From: a bacterium
GTDB lineage: Bacteria > UBA8248
Reading direction: 5' to 3'
Length of the DNA: 64,000 nucleotides
Assembly (NCBI GenBank): GCA_965207065.1
Contig: OZ242260.1
Span: forward strand, 1 to 64,000
Positions 30,773 through 40,062 of this stretch are shown here, piece after piece (within the stretch, counting starts at the first letter, position 1; each line of letters opens with the position of its first letter). The notes beneath the pieces were generated by a model that saw only the letters and a list, made by a program, of their open reading frames with translations, ran no database searches and was not told the DNA's origin. Both the position numbers and the translations under genes were made by a program.

Positions 30773-31780
30773 TCATATGCAGGTGCGCCAGACCTTGAGC
30801 AAGATAATATATCTAGTCCGGCACTGATGGGCTTTCCAAGGACGGTGGATACTTATTGTCATGGCACCACTGTTGTTTGGATACCACAAATCATTGACAA
30901 AAAGTACGAGTTCACCGTCGCTGGTCGCCTCGAATTCATTAGGTTTTTCAGGGTCCGTAGCGTCGAGTACCGGGAAAACATCATGTCTCCGGTCAATGCG
31001 ACCGATAATTTGAAACCAATTACCTGCCGGATACGGTCTAAGCCACTCGAACAACTTTGCGAGGAACCCGACGAAACCTTCAAATTTGACGCCATTAGGT
31101 CCTGCATTATATTTACCGTCCATCCATTTTTCGCGCTGAATGTATCGCGCCTTGTATTTATCTCCTTCCAAGAGCAACAGACCCGTCTCGTTGCGCTTTC
31201 GATTTGCGAGAATATGTACCTGAACTGTCTCGCCAACACCTAACCGCCGGAGACCGCTGACATCGGCGCAACAGGCTGATTGATGAAGGATTTTATTTTC
31301 TGGTTCTGAGTGGGCGAAGACCGTACATGCCAGATGAAGAAGCGGGTATATCAAAAGCGACAACACGAGCAGGACGGATAAAACAAAAACCGGTACGTAT
31401 AGAATTGAAAAAAACCGACTGATCTTTGCAATCCTTTCCACACACTGAATTGGCGGATTCGGTTGGAAACTTTTCCCTTGGCCGGATCGCCACCCTTGAA
31501 ATGCCCACTCCTGCTCTTCAGTCTTCATACGCTGTCTAAACCAGGACATGATCAAAATGAAGGGAGTCAGAATTATCCCGAGCAAGGGAAATCTCAGTCC
31601 CGCGGCAACGAGGTTCTCAAGAAGTCCAGGCATGAAGACGCGAGCGATGTCTACCGGCCCCTGCCAAATCGGTTCAACCGCATCAACCAAGAGAAGAACC
31701 ACCAATAGAAGACACATCACAACCAAGTGAATTGCTACGGACAGGTAGTACAGGTTTTTTCGTATTACGCTGAAATCCAT
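30773..31780 (-). CDS. Membrane protein with C-terminal soluble beta-rich domain; probably the split C-terminal half of the DUF2235 gene
   Basis: 3 TM segments plus ...LVLFVND..YPNNSG tail. Starts 57 bp after the DUF2235 ORF stop. Confidence 0.6.
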   Translation of the reverse strand: MDFSVIRKNLYYLSVAIHLVVMCLLLVVLLLVDAVEPIWQGPVDIARVFMPGLLENLVAAGLRFPLLGIILTPFILIMSWFRQRMKTEEQEWAFQGWRSGQGKSFQPNPPIQCVERIAKISRFFSILYVPVFVLSVLLVLSLLIYPLLHLACTVFAHSEPENKILHQSACCADVSGLRRLGVGETVQVHILANRKRNETGLLLLEGDKYKARYIQREKWMDGKYNAGPNGVKFEGFVGFLAKLFEWLRPYPAGNWFQIIGRIDRRHDVFPVLDATDPEKPNEFEATSDGELVLFVNDLWYPNNSGAMTISIHRPWKAHQCRTRYIILLKVWRTCI

Positions 31781-31837
31781 GGGAACCTCAGGCGTTATCG
31801 TTCTCTCAGTCAGCTTTGCTCGGGTGGGACATCACTA

Positions 31838-32950
31838 TTAAACTATTGTGAATTGGCCATTTCGGATAACTTTTGGTGCGTAATAGTCGGTCCTGCGCGC
31901 AATCCGATCGAATACGCTCGCGTGAATGGCTGGGTCAACCTTGTGCTCGTAAATGTTGCGAGGCGCGTAACGATAGAACATGCCCAAACCGGTGCGCGAA
32001 TCGTACATTCGACCGTGCGGGTCGGCGGCTTCGCGATATTCTCGCCACTTACTCGCGAGAAACCGAAGTCCGCGCGAATTCGCCCTGTCCATCATCCAGA
32101 GCAACGGAACAAGCGATAACGAGTCCTTCGGGTATCCACCCCCAACATTCGCATGTGCGCCAGCAAACCAAACTTGGCAAATGTGAGTGTTTGTCGAATT
32201 GGAAGATTGCGATTTCGACTTCCACAAAAGAGGATGAAATGTCTTGCGTTCATCGTCGAGAGCCAACGCCTGATACGCATTGCAAATACAATGATGAGGT
32301 ACATTGTTGTTGAAATGCCATAACCGACGCTTGGAGATACCCGCCCAAACACAGCCGATCTTCCTTTTCAATTTATCGAATGGCAATCCCACCGCATCTA
32401 CGGTATCCCACACGCCAATAAAGTGTATAGGGATCGAATGGGGTTTCAGGTTACAGAGTCCCAATTCCTTGCGTATGCGACATGTCTTCTCTTGTTGATT
32501 TTCGCAAGACTTGTCGCAAAACTTTTTTATTGACCGGTATGCTTTCATGATTTGACGCAAAATTGCTTTCCGCGTTTTGTGTGAATCGGCCCCCAGGAAA
32601 ATATCGCGGTCAATCAGGCCGCACCGACCAATTAGTCCCGCAAGCGAACGTACCGTAAACGCCCCACGACTGAAACCGAAAAGGAATACCTTATCGCCTT
32701 GATTGTAGTTCATCGCCAAGAAGGCATAAGCTTGAAGGATATTACGCTTTAGCCCCCAGCCGAACGCTCCACCAAGGAGTCTAAGCAGTTTGATACTGTC
32801 TGTTCCAACTCCGTCATCATAATATGTTATCTGCTTTGGCGCAGGATCGTGGCGATCGACAGCATTGAAAATTCGCCAAACGTTGGTGCCGTGGATTTTC
32901 GATAGGCTATTGCCAGTCCCATCAGAACATATCACGATATTCTTTCGCAC
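31838..32950 (-). CDS. DUF2235 alpha/beta-hydrolase (Tle1-like phospholipase domain)
   Basis: KNIVICSDGTGN, YDDGVGT, FLFGFSRGAFTVR, GVWDTV, ALDDER, WFAGAHANVGGGY. Confidence 0.9.
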   Translation of the reverse strand: MRKNIVICSDGTGNSLSKIHGTNVWRIFNAVDRHDPAPKQITYYDDGVGTDSIKLLRLLGGAFGWGLKRNILQAYAFLAMNYNQGDKVFLFGFSRGAFTVRSLAGLIGRCGLIDRDIFLGADSHKTRKAILRQIMKAYRSIKKFCDKSCENQQEKTCRIRKELGLCNLKPHSIPIHFIGVWDTVDAVGLPFDKLKRKIGCVWAGISKRRLWHFNNNVPHHCICNAYQALALDDERKTFHPLLWKSKSQSSNSTNTHICQVWFAGAHANVGGGYPKDSLSLVPLLWMMDRANSRGLRFLASKWREYREAADPHGRMYDSRTGLGMFYRYAPRNIYEHKVDPAIHASVFDRIARRTDYYAPKVIRNGQFTIV

Positions 32951-33329
32951 TGGATTCTCCTTAACAAAACGCGCACCTAGTGCATGACAAGACTTCAATA
33001 CAGGCATGACTTCGCAATTATTGAAGAATCGGTTTTCGGAACTGCTGGTGCTCTGTTGCATACGGTTCAGTTTGCCCAGACAATATTATAGAATATGGGA
33101 GTGTGATGGGCAATCACACGGTGATTCCAGCGATAACCGAATCTTTCGCCTCGGAATCCGCCGCGATGGGCTTGTAGCGATCCGCCGCAGCTTCGGCGTT
33201 GCCCATATCCAGGTGGTTCATAAAGCACTCATTTCGCGAACGGCAGGATAGTCTGCTTAAGAGGCATTGCCACTCCGCTTCACTTCGAACTCGGAAGTTC
33301 GGCCCGAGCGGAGCTCAGGGAGTCGACGT

Positions 33330-33416
33330 GATGGACGAATCCCCCGCGACGCGCCAGCCCTTCTTCCCCGCAAGCGTCCTTGCGCGATCGAGCATCCGGG
33401 TCTTGCCGGCGCCAGC
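33330..33416 (-). pseudogene. Continuation of the MOBF relaxase-helicase beyond the RIT insertion
   Basis: Reads AGAGKTRMLDRARTLAGKKGWRVAG, completing the GYAG.GKT Walker A motif broken at ~37160. Confidence 0.8.
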
Positions 33417-33417
33417 G

Positions 33418-33505
33418 TTAATGCCGAGAAGTGGATAATGCCGAGTGATCTGCTAAATACGGCTTGTTTACAGGGTTTTTCGGCACATTCACTCGGCATT
33501 ATATC
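33418..33505. repeat. RIT left terminal inverted repeat (88 bp)
   Basis: TTAATGCCGAGAAGTGG...CGGCATTATATC is the exact reverse complement of 37047-37134. Confidence 0.9.
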
Positions 33506-33556
33506 GGCAGGTGACTTCGGGCATTATCGTTCTCTCACTCAAAAAGGAGAACGACA

Positions 33557-35125
33557 ATGCCTGCAATATCCAGCAACCCGTCCCCGGCGAGTGCCACTCT
33601 GGCGGGCTTCACCGATTTGACCCTTGCCTTCGTTGACGATCTCCGCAGTCGCGCCGAGATTTCCGGGACACTGTTTGGCAAGTACCGGCGCATCGCCCTT
33701 CACTTCCTGGTCTGGCTTGAACTCACCCGTATCGAACTCAAGACGGTGGACGGCGCGATCATCGAGCGCTTTCTGCAGCACGATTGTCGTTGCGGCGCAT
33801 CTTGCGCGCCGGTTCGTCTGCGGCGTTGGCGCAAGCGCCGCACATCACCCATGCTCATGGCGTTCATCCGGTTCCTCGAGCAGACGGGGCATGTCGAGAC
33901 ACCCGGTGAGCTGGACGACAATCTGCGGCTGCTGGGCGCGTTCCTCACCGGTTTGCGCGGCAATGGCTACACGGCTGCAACCCTCAGGTTGTACCGGAAA
34001 GGATGCACCGGTCTCATTGTCTGGCTCCATCTCTCACGCATCCGCCTGTGCGATCTGAGCGCGCAGGTCTATGCGCGCTTCGAGAACCGGTCGTTCGTCT
34101 GCTCGATCCCCGGGGTGTTTTGCGGCCACGAGAAGAGGCGACCCGGCACAGCTTACGCAACCGAACTGCGCGGCTTCCTGAAGCACCTCGTCTCGATCGG
34201 GCGGATCGATCCCCTGGAGCCGGTCCCGGTCGAGCAGGCGCCGCCCGTTCGCCTTGAGAGGTACGCCGTGTGGCTTGAACGCCATCGCGGCATCGGCGCG
34301 GGGACAATACGGCGACATGTGCGTTTGATCGGCGAGATGATGCCTGAACTTGGGGACGACCCCTGCGCCTGTGACGCGGCCCTGATCCGCCGGGTGCTGC
34401 TTGAGAAGATGCGCCCGCGGTCGCGGAGCTACGCCCGGACTCTGACAACCGCGATGCGCATGTATCTGCGGTTCCTGACCTGGGAAGGCAGCATCCCGGC
34501 CGCGCTGATCGCGGCCGTGCCGTCAGCGCCTCGTGGGCAGTTGTCGAGCTTGCCACGGTACATCACGTGCGACGATGTCGAACGCGCCATCGCCAGTTGC
34601 GGCGATGACCGGACGGGCGTGCGCGACCGGGCGATCCTGCTGCTTCTGGCACGGCTTGCCCTGCGGGCAGGAGACATCGTGGCCCTGCGCCTCGGCGACA
34701 TCGATTGGGACCGGGCCGAGATCCGTGTCTCGGGGAAGTCACGCCGAGAGGCGGCTCTGCCGTTGCCGCAGGATGCCGGCGATGCGCTCCATGTCTATAT
34801 CGCCACGGTGCGGCCGAGGGTGGATGAGGAGAAGGTGTTCCTCTGCACCCAAGCGCCCTGGCGAGCATTGGCCGACTCAAGCATCGTCAGTTCTCTGGCG
34901 AAACGCGCGCTCGACCGCGCCGGGGTCAAGACCTTTGCCGGCCGCGGTGCGCATGTGTTCCGCCATAGCCAGGCGACGGCGTTGCTCAGATCGGGCGCGA
35001 CGCTCGATGTCATCCAGTCGCTACTGCGCCACAGGTCACCGAACACGACGATGATCTACGCCAAGACCGATGCGGTCATGTTGCAGGAGATCGCTCAGCC
35101 CTGGATGGGGAGGAGCGACCAATGA
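33557..35125 (+). CDS. RIT recombinase A
   Basis: LALRAGDI, GK, HVFRHS, LLRH...TMIY. Confidence 0.9.
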   Translation: MPAISSNPSPASATLAGFTDLTLAFVDDLRSRAEISGTLFGKYRRIALHFLVWLELTRIELKTVDGAIIERFLQHDCRCGASCAPVRLRRWRKRRTSPMLMAFIRFLEQTGHVETPGELDDNLRLLGAFLTGLRGNGYTAATLRLYRKGCTGLIVWLHLSRIRLCDLSAQVYARFENRSFVCSIPGVFCGHEKRRPGTAYATELRGFLKHLVSIGRIDPLEPVPVEQAPPVRLERYAVWLERHRGIGAGTIRRHVRLIGEMMPELGDDPCACDAALIRRVLLEKMRPRSRSYARTLTTAMRMYLRFLTWEGSIPAALIAAVPSAPRGQLSSLPRYITCDDVERAIASCGDDRTGVRDRAILLLLARLALRAGDIVALRLGDIDWDRAEIRVSGKSRREAALPLPQDAGDALHVYIATVRPRVDEEKVFLCTQAPWRALADSSIVSSLAKRALDRAGVKTFAGRGAHVFRHSQATALLRSGATLDVIQSLLRHRSPNTTMIYAKTDAVMLQEIAQPWMGRSDQ

Positions 35126-36051
35126 GCACAACGATCACCGATCATGTCGCGCGCTTTGTCGCGATCAAGCGGTCGCTCGGTTACCGGTTTACACAGAACG
35201 AACGGATGCTGCGCAGCTTTGCGCGGTTCGCCGAGGCTCGCAACGAGACCCGCATCTGCTCCGGGACCGCTCTTGAGTGGGCCTCGGCATCGAAGGCGGC
35301 ATCAGCGCAAGTGCAAGTCAAAAAGCTCCGTGTGCTCCATGACCTTGCCCTCTGGCTGCACGCGGAGGACGATCGCCACGAGGTGCCGCCTCGTGATGCG
35401 CTGGGGCGTTCGACGCGGCGGAGGCCGAAGCCGTACCTGATATCGGTCCCGGACATCGGCAAACTGCTGACCGCGGCCCTGTCGGTGGGACCCGCCGAAA
35501 CCATCGCCCCGCTGACCTGGCACTGCCTGTTCGGTCTCATTGCAGCGACCGGCCTGCGCATCGGCGAAGCCCTTGCATTGACGCTGGATGACATCACCCC
35601 TGACGGCTTGGTCATCCGGGATACGAAGTTCGGCAAGACGAGGATGGTCGCGCTGCACCCGACCACCTGGGAAGCGCTCGAACTCTACCTTGAGGCACGG
35701 CTCAGGGAGACAACGCCGGACCGGCACCTGTTCGTGATCGCAACCGGCCGAAGTCCAGACAAAAGCCATGTGCGCGGTGTCTTCCGCAAACTCGCCGAAC
35801 AAGCGGGCCTGCGCAGACCTGGCGCGGGGCGGGGGCCGACCCTGCACTCGCTGCGACACTCCTTCGCCGTCCGGTCACTGGAGATGCTGCCTCCCGGCGC
35901 CGGAGCGGGCCGGCACATGCTGGCTCTGGCCACCTATCTCGGCCACGTCCATGTCACCAGTACCTACTGGTATCTGGAGGCGACCCCGGTTCTGCTGCAC
36001 GGCATCGCCGAGGCGGTGGAACAGGCTCACACCAATGGAGGCGCCCGATGA
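35122..36051 (+). CDS. RIT recombinase B
   Basis: TGLRIGE, TKFGKTR, HSLRHSF, YLGH...TYWY. ATGA overlap. Confidence 0.9.
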   Translation: MSTTITDHVARFVAIKRSLGYRFTQNERMLRSFARFAEARNETRICSGTALEWASASKAASAQVQVKKLRVLHDLALWLHAEDDRHEVPPRDALGRSTRRRPKPYLISVPDIGKLLTAALSVGPAETIAPLTWHCLFGLIAATGLRIGEALALTLDDITPDGLVIRDTKFGKTRMVALHPTTWEALELYLEARLRETTPDRHLFVIATGRSPDKSHVRGVFRKLAEQAGLRRPGAGRGPTLHSLRHSFAVRSLEMLPPGAGAGRHMLALATYLGHVHVTSTYWYLEATPVLLHGIAEAVEQAHTNGGAR

Positions 36052-37040
36052 CCGATCTTGCCCCCCATCTCTCCGCCTTCCTGCGGGAGTACCTTCCCAA
36101 CGTACGGCAATGCAGCCGCCACACCTTGCAGGGCTACACCGAGTGCTTCCGGCTGCTCGTGGCCTACACGGCGCAACGGATCCGGACCCGTCCCTGCAAG
36201 CTCAAGATCGAGCACTTCACGGTGGCGTTGCTGTCGGCCTTCCTCGAGTCCCTGGAGAAGGACCGCAACAACAGTGTGGGCACACGCAATGTCCGCCTTG
36301 CCGCCATCAAGTCGTTCTTCCGTTATCTGGAATACCGTGTGCCGAGCTGCCTCGACCTCGCGTTGCAGGTACGCGCCATACCGCAAAAGACCACCGACAA
36401 GCCGCTGATCGACTGGCTCGATCGGACCGAAATGCAAGCGATCCTGGATGCCCCGGATACTGGAACGATGGCAGGTCTGCGAGACCGGGCGATGCTGCAT
36501 CTGTGCTATGCCGCCGGGTTGAGGGTGTCGGAACTGACAACGCTCACGCTCGACAGCGTGTCCGGCCCCCGACTCGGGACCATCCGCATCCTGGGCAAGG
36601 GACGACGCGAACGGGAACTGCCCATGTGGAAGGAAACGAGGACCGTCCTCAATCAGTGGCTCGACGCCAGGCCGTCGGTCACCAACCGATACATGTTCCT
36701 CAATGCACGGGGACGGGCGATGAGCACGGACGGCTTCGCATACCTGCTCGACAAGCATGTCACCACGGCCGCCAAGACCGTCGCGTCGATCAAGACCAAG
36801 AGAGTGACCCCGCATGTGCTGCGTCATTCCGCGGCCATGGCGATCCTGCATGCCACCGGCGACATCCGAAAGGTCTCCCTGTGGCTCGGTCATGCGCACC
36901 TCAAGACCACCGAGATGTACGTCCGTGCGAGCCCGGCCGAAAAGCTGCGCATCCTGGAGACCCGCACGCCGCCGTCCATTAGACCGGGGACCTTCCCCGG
37001 TGTCAGGGACAGCTTGACGGAACTTCTCGGTGGCAAGTGA
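36048..37040 (+). CDS. RIT recombinase C
   Basis: GLRVSE, GKGRRER, HVLRHS, WLGH...TEMY. ATGA overlap. Confidence 0.9.
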   Translation: MTDLAPHLSAFLREYLPNVRQCSRHTLQGYTECFRLLVAYTAQRIRTRPCKLKIEHFTVALLSAFLESLEKDRNNSVGTRNVRLAAIKSFFRYLEYRVPSCLDLALQVRAIPQKTTDKPLIDWLDRTEMQAILDAPDTGTMAGLRDRAMLHLCYAAGLRVSELTTLTLDSVSGPRLGTIRILGKGRRERELPMWKETRTVLNQWLDARPSVTNRYMFLNARGRAMSTDGFAYLLDKHVTTAAKTVASIKTKRVTPHVLRHSAAMAILHATGDIRKVSLWLGHAHLKTTEMYVRASPAEKLRILETRTPPSIRPGTFPGVRDSLTELLGGK

Positions 37041-37046
37041 TCTCCA

Positions 37047-37160
37047 GATATAATGCCGAGTGAATGTGCCGAAAAACCCTGTAAACAAGCCGTATTTAGC
37101 AGATCACTCGGCATTATCCACTTCTCGGCATTAATGCGGTTATGCCGAGCTCGGCATAAC
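37047..37160. repeat. RIT right terminal inverted repeat plus 22-bp perfect palindrome
   Basis: IR at 37047-37134; palindrome GTTATGCCGAGCTCGGCATAAC at 37139-37160. Confidence 0.88.
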
Positions 37161-38576
37161 GGCATAGCCCTGCACGCCGACGGTCCGGTCCTTCTCCGAG
37201 AGAATGAGTTTCACCGCCCGTTTCTGCCCGTCCGTGAGCGGCCCCTTGCGCAGGTGCCGCTCCACCATCCAGCCGCGCATTGCCGCACCGCCCCGGCCTG
37301 AGCCCGCGCGCATGAGCGCGATCGTCTCGCGCTCCCGGGCCACGGTCAGGTCGGTCGTGAGCCCGTCGCCTCCCTTGAGCGCCGGCGCATCGTGAACGCG
37401 GCCCTCGCGCGCGAGACCCTCGACCACCCGCTCGATGGCTCCGATGGACGCGGAGCCGGGGCCGTAGGCGAGCGCCGCGGCGAGAAGATCCGTCCTCGCG
37501 AACACCGCATCGCGCTCCGAGAGATGGGCGAGCGCCCACTCGACGGCCTCCTTCGCGGGGTCCGTCCGCAAGGGATGATTGATGAGATTCGCCTGCCGAT
37601 CCGCCCCCGCTTCCCGTGTCCTCTCTTTCCCAGGGACGTGCAACGCCCGTTCGGTGGCCGAGGCGACGAGCGCTTTTGCGTCCAAGCCGAGTTCCGACGC
37701 CTGTTTCGTCCATATCCCGAGCAGCGCCTCCCTGTCCACGTCGCGCTTTTGCGCGCGGGTCATCAGGGCCGCCCGCCGGGCGAGGTGCTGGTTCTCCGCC
37801 GTGGCGCCGTGGCCACGGCTTTCCATCGCCGCCTCGATCTCGGCGCGGCGCGAGGAGAACGCCTCGATGGTTTCGCGCGAGACGCCCCCGATCTCGAACC
37901 GCCCGTCGGCGTGGGTCTTCTCGACCCGGTACCCGAGTCTCGCCAGATCACCCGCGAGTTCGCTCCGGTAGAGCGCGCCCAGCAGCATCTTGGAGGCGTA
38001 GAGGCGCTCGTTCGCCATGGTCCTCCACTTGCCCTCCGCGCCGAGCAGCATGTTGGCTAGAACCGAGTGGGTGTGCAGCGCCGGGTCTAGGTTTCTCGAT
38101 ATCTCGTGCCGGAACGTGGCGATCACGGCCTTCTGGCCACCGGCCCGTACCATCCGTCCCGTCTCCGGGTCCTTCATCCTCGTCTCGGCGGCGTTTCGCT
38201 CGAACCAGTCGAGCGCCCGCGTGACGGCGCGCTCGTGGGCGTCGACGACGCACGCATCGCCCCCGATGAGCGCGACCAGGGATACGGACTTGGGTGCGGA
38301 GAAGGTGAGGTCGCGCCCGGGCCGGTGGTGGATCTCTCCCTCCCGGGTCCTGCGGCCGAGACGTTGTCCGGAACCGTCGGGCACATGGCCCTCGAGCACA
38401 GCCCGGAACACGTCCGGGTCGACCGGACCCTCGAGCCCCAGGGTTTCGGCGCCCTTGCCGGCCCAGGCGCTCAGCATCCGGTGCTCGGCCGAGTCTTTAG
38501 CGTAGTAGCCGTCCCGCTCGTAGTAGGCCGCACCCCGCGAAGGGCTCGCCACCGCGCCGATCGAGGCAACCATCAT
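37161..38576 (-). pseudogene. MOBF (TrwC/TraI-like) relaxase-helicase, interrupted
   Basis: AAYYERDGYY, DLTFSAPKSVS, FRHEISRNLDPALHTHSV (HUH), FSSRRAEI. Ends at VGVQGYA where the RIT begins. Confidence 0.9.
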
Positions 38577-38812
38577 ATCCAGCGGCCGTATTCGCGCTCG
38601 CGAGGCGCGGGCGCGTCTTCGACGCCCGGGGCCGCCTTCCTGCGGTCCGTGGTGGCAGGCTGTTGTTTCTGGGGCCGCGGAGTATCCGGCCCCGGCGGAC
38701 GGTTCGCCGGTGTGCGGACAGGCGCCGTGGCCGCGGGCTTCGGTGAACCTGAGCCCGACCTCGTCCTGCGCGGCTCGTGCGGCGTGCGCCTCTCGCCGAG
38801 TTCGCCCTCCAG

Positions 38813-39217
38813 CTACCGGGCCAGCATCAGGCACATCAGCGCGGCGGCGAAGCCGCACCAGGCGCCAAGTTCGTCGGATCGCTTCGCCGTGTGGAGGAGA
38901 CGGTCCCGCGCCAGCAGCGCCTCGCCGCTGAACGTGAGATCGCTGCGGGCGATAGTCACTTCCTCCCCCTCCCTCGTCCGGAATTTGACCTGTGTCCTGG
39001 GGTCGAAGTGGAGTGCGAGCAGTGTTTCCGCCCAAAAGAGCTTGCCGCTCGCATGCCAGTCATGGCTCGTCGTGTCGCGAGCGAGACCGACGACGCAGGC
39101 CAGCGCCGACAAGGAAACGACGTAGACGGCCGTCAGGAGTAAGGAGCGGAACCGCGCGCCGGGATCGAGGAGGATCCTCCAGTCGGTGCGATTTCTGTCT
39201 CGTGCGCGGTTTCCCAA
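38813..39217 (-). pseudogene. Probable N-terminal fragment of a TraD/TrwB-like coupling protein
   Basis: Two TM segments directly upstream of the relaxase with an early stop; no ATPase domain present. Call rests largely on position. Confidence 0.4.
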
Positions 39218-39713
39218 AGAGGCGTTCTCCCTATCCTGCGTGTCGCGGGAGCGGCGGCGGGGATTTCCCGCCGGCGCTCCCGTGGTCCTGGATGACGAAT
39301 ATAATACGAAATTATGAGGGTTTCAACCAGATGGAAAACGGAAATTCGACGATTTTACGACAGACACGCGCAGGCGTGCGATCAAGGCCATGCGTCTTCC
39401 CCCGGAACCGGATACCGGGGGGGCAGGAACGCCGGATGCGCCGTCGCCTCCCGGCGAAAACAGCTTCATTTGCTTTCTTGGTGGGGTTTACGGGTGAATC
39501 CATCGTCAGGCTTCCCCGCTTCATCCCCACGAAGGCGGGAACATGAATCAGTAATTGCCTGATTTCAAATTCATCGATTCAAAAGGTTCGGCATCGAAAC
39601 CATGGATCAAATGGTGCGATGATATGCTCCCTTGAAATGAGGGATGCGAAAATCCGCCAGGAGGTTTTTGGTGCTCTTGCGACAGGCAGGCGAGGACAAG
39701 AAAAGGCATACGT

Positions 39714-40041
39714 GGCACCGAAGAACGGTAGCCAGAGCGGAAAACTCCTGCATCTACACCGACCGCATAGCTTGATAGATGTCCACATAAGAAAGGGACC
39801 GCCCTCTCTCAATTTCAGTGGATCCTGGGAGAGAGGGACAGTCCCTTTTTCTCATATACCAAGTACATCCGAGTCGAGTAGAAAGAAGAACAGGGGCTGC
39901 CCGTTGTTCCCGCTCCCGGCTCGAGGACTCAAACTCATAGCAAGGAGCGGTACTGTTTGCTTCATCACGAGGGAAACAACCAACGGGCAACCCCCTTTTT
40001 CGCTCTCCTTTTACCGCATCAGGCCACGGGGCTGACCCCGG
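39714..40041. repeat. ~330-bp non-coding element with two inverted-repeat pairs (copy 1)
   Basis: Near-identical to 57746-58073. IR pairs at 39792-39810/39829-39848 and 39893-39906/39981-39994. Confidence 0.8.
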
Positions 40042-40062
40042 GGGCGAAGGCGTCCTGCGCTC

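Larger units (their letters stand above)
33418..37160 (+). mobile_element. RIT (recombinase-in-trio) element
   Basis: Three overlapping co-oriented tyrosine recombinases bounded by 88-bp inverted repeats and a TTATGCCG palindrome. Confidence 0.9.

Noticed and set aside
33418-33530. Repeated TAATGCCGAG units as a CRISPR array
   Set aside because: Irregular spacing, mixed orientation and no cas genes; explained as RIT terminal binding sites.
37140-39035. 631-aa relaxase as an intact gene
   Set aside because: The true start is near 38576 (MVASIG) and the C-terminus is cut by the RIT; the upstream extension is low-complexity.
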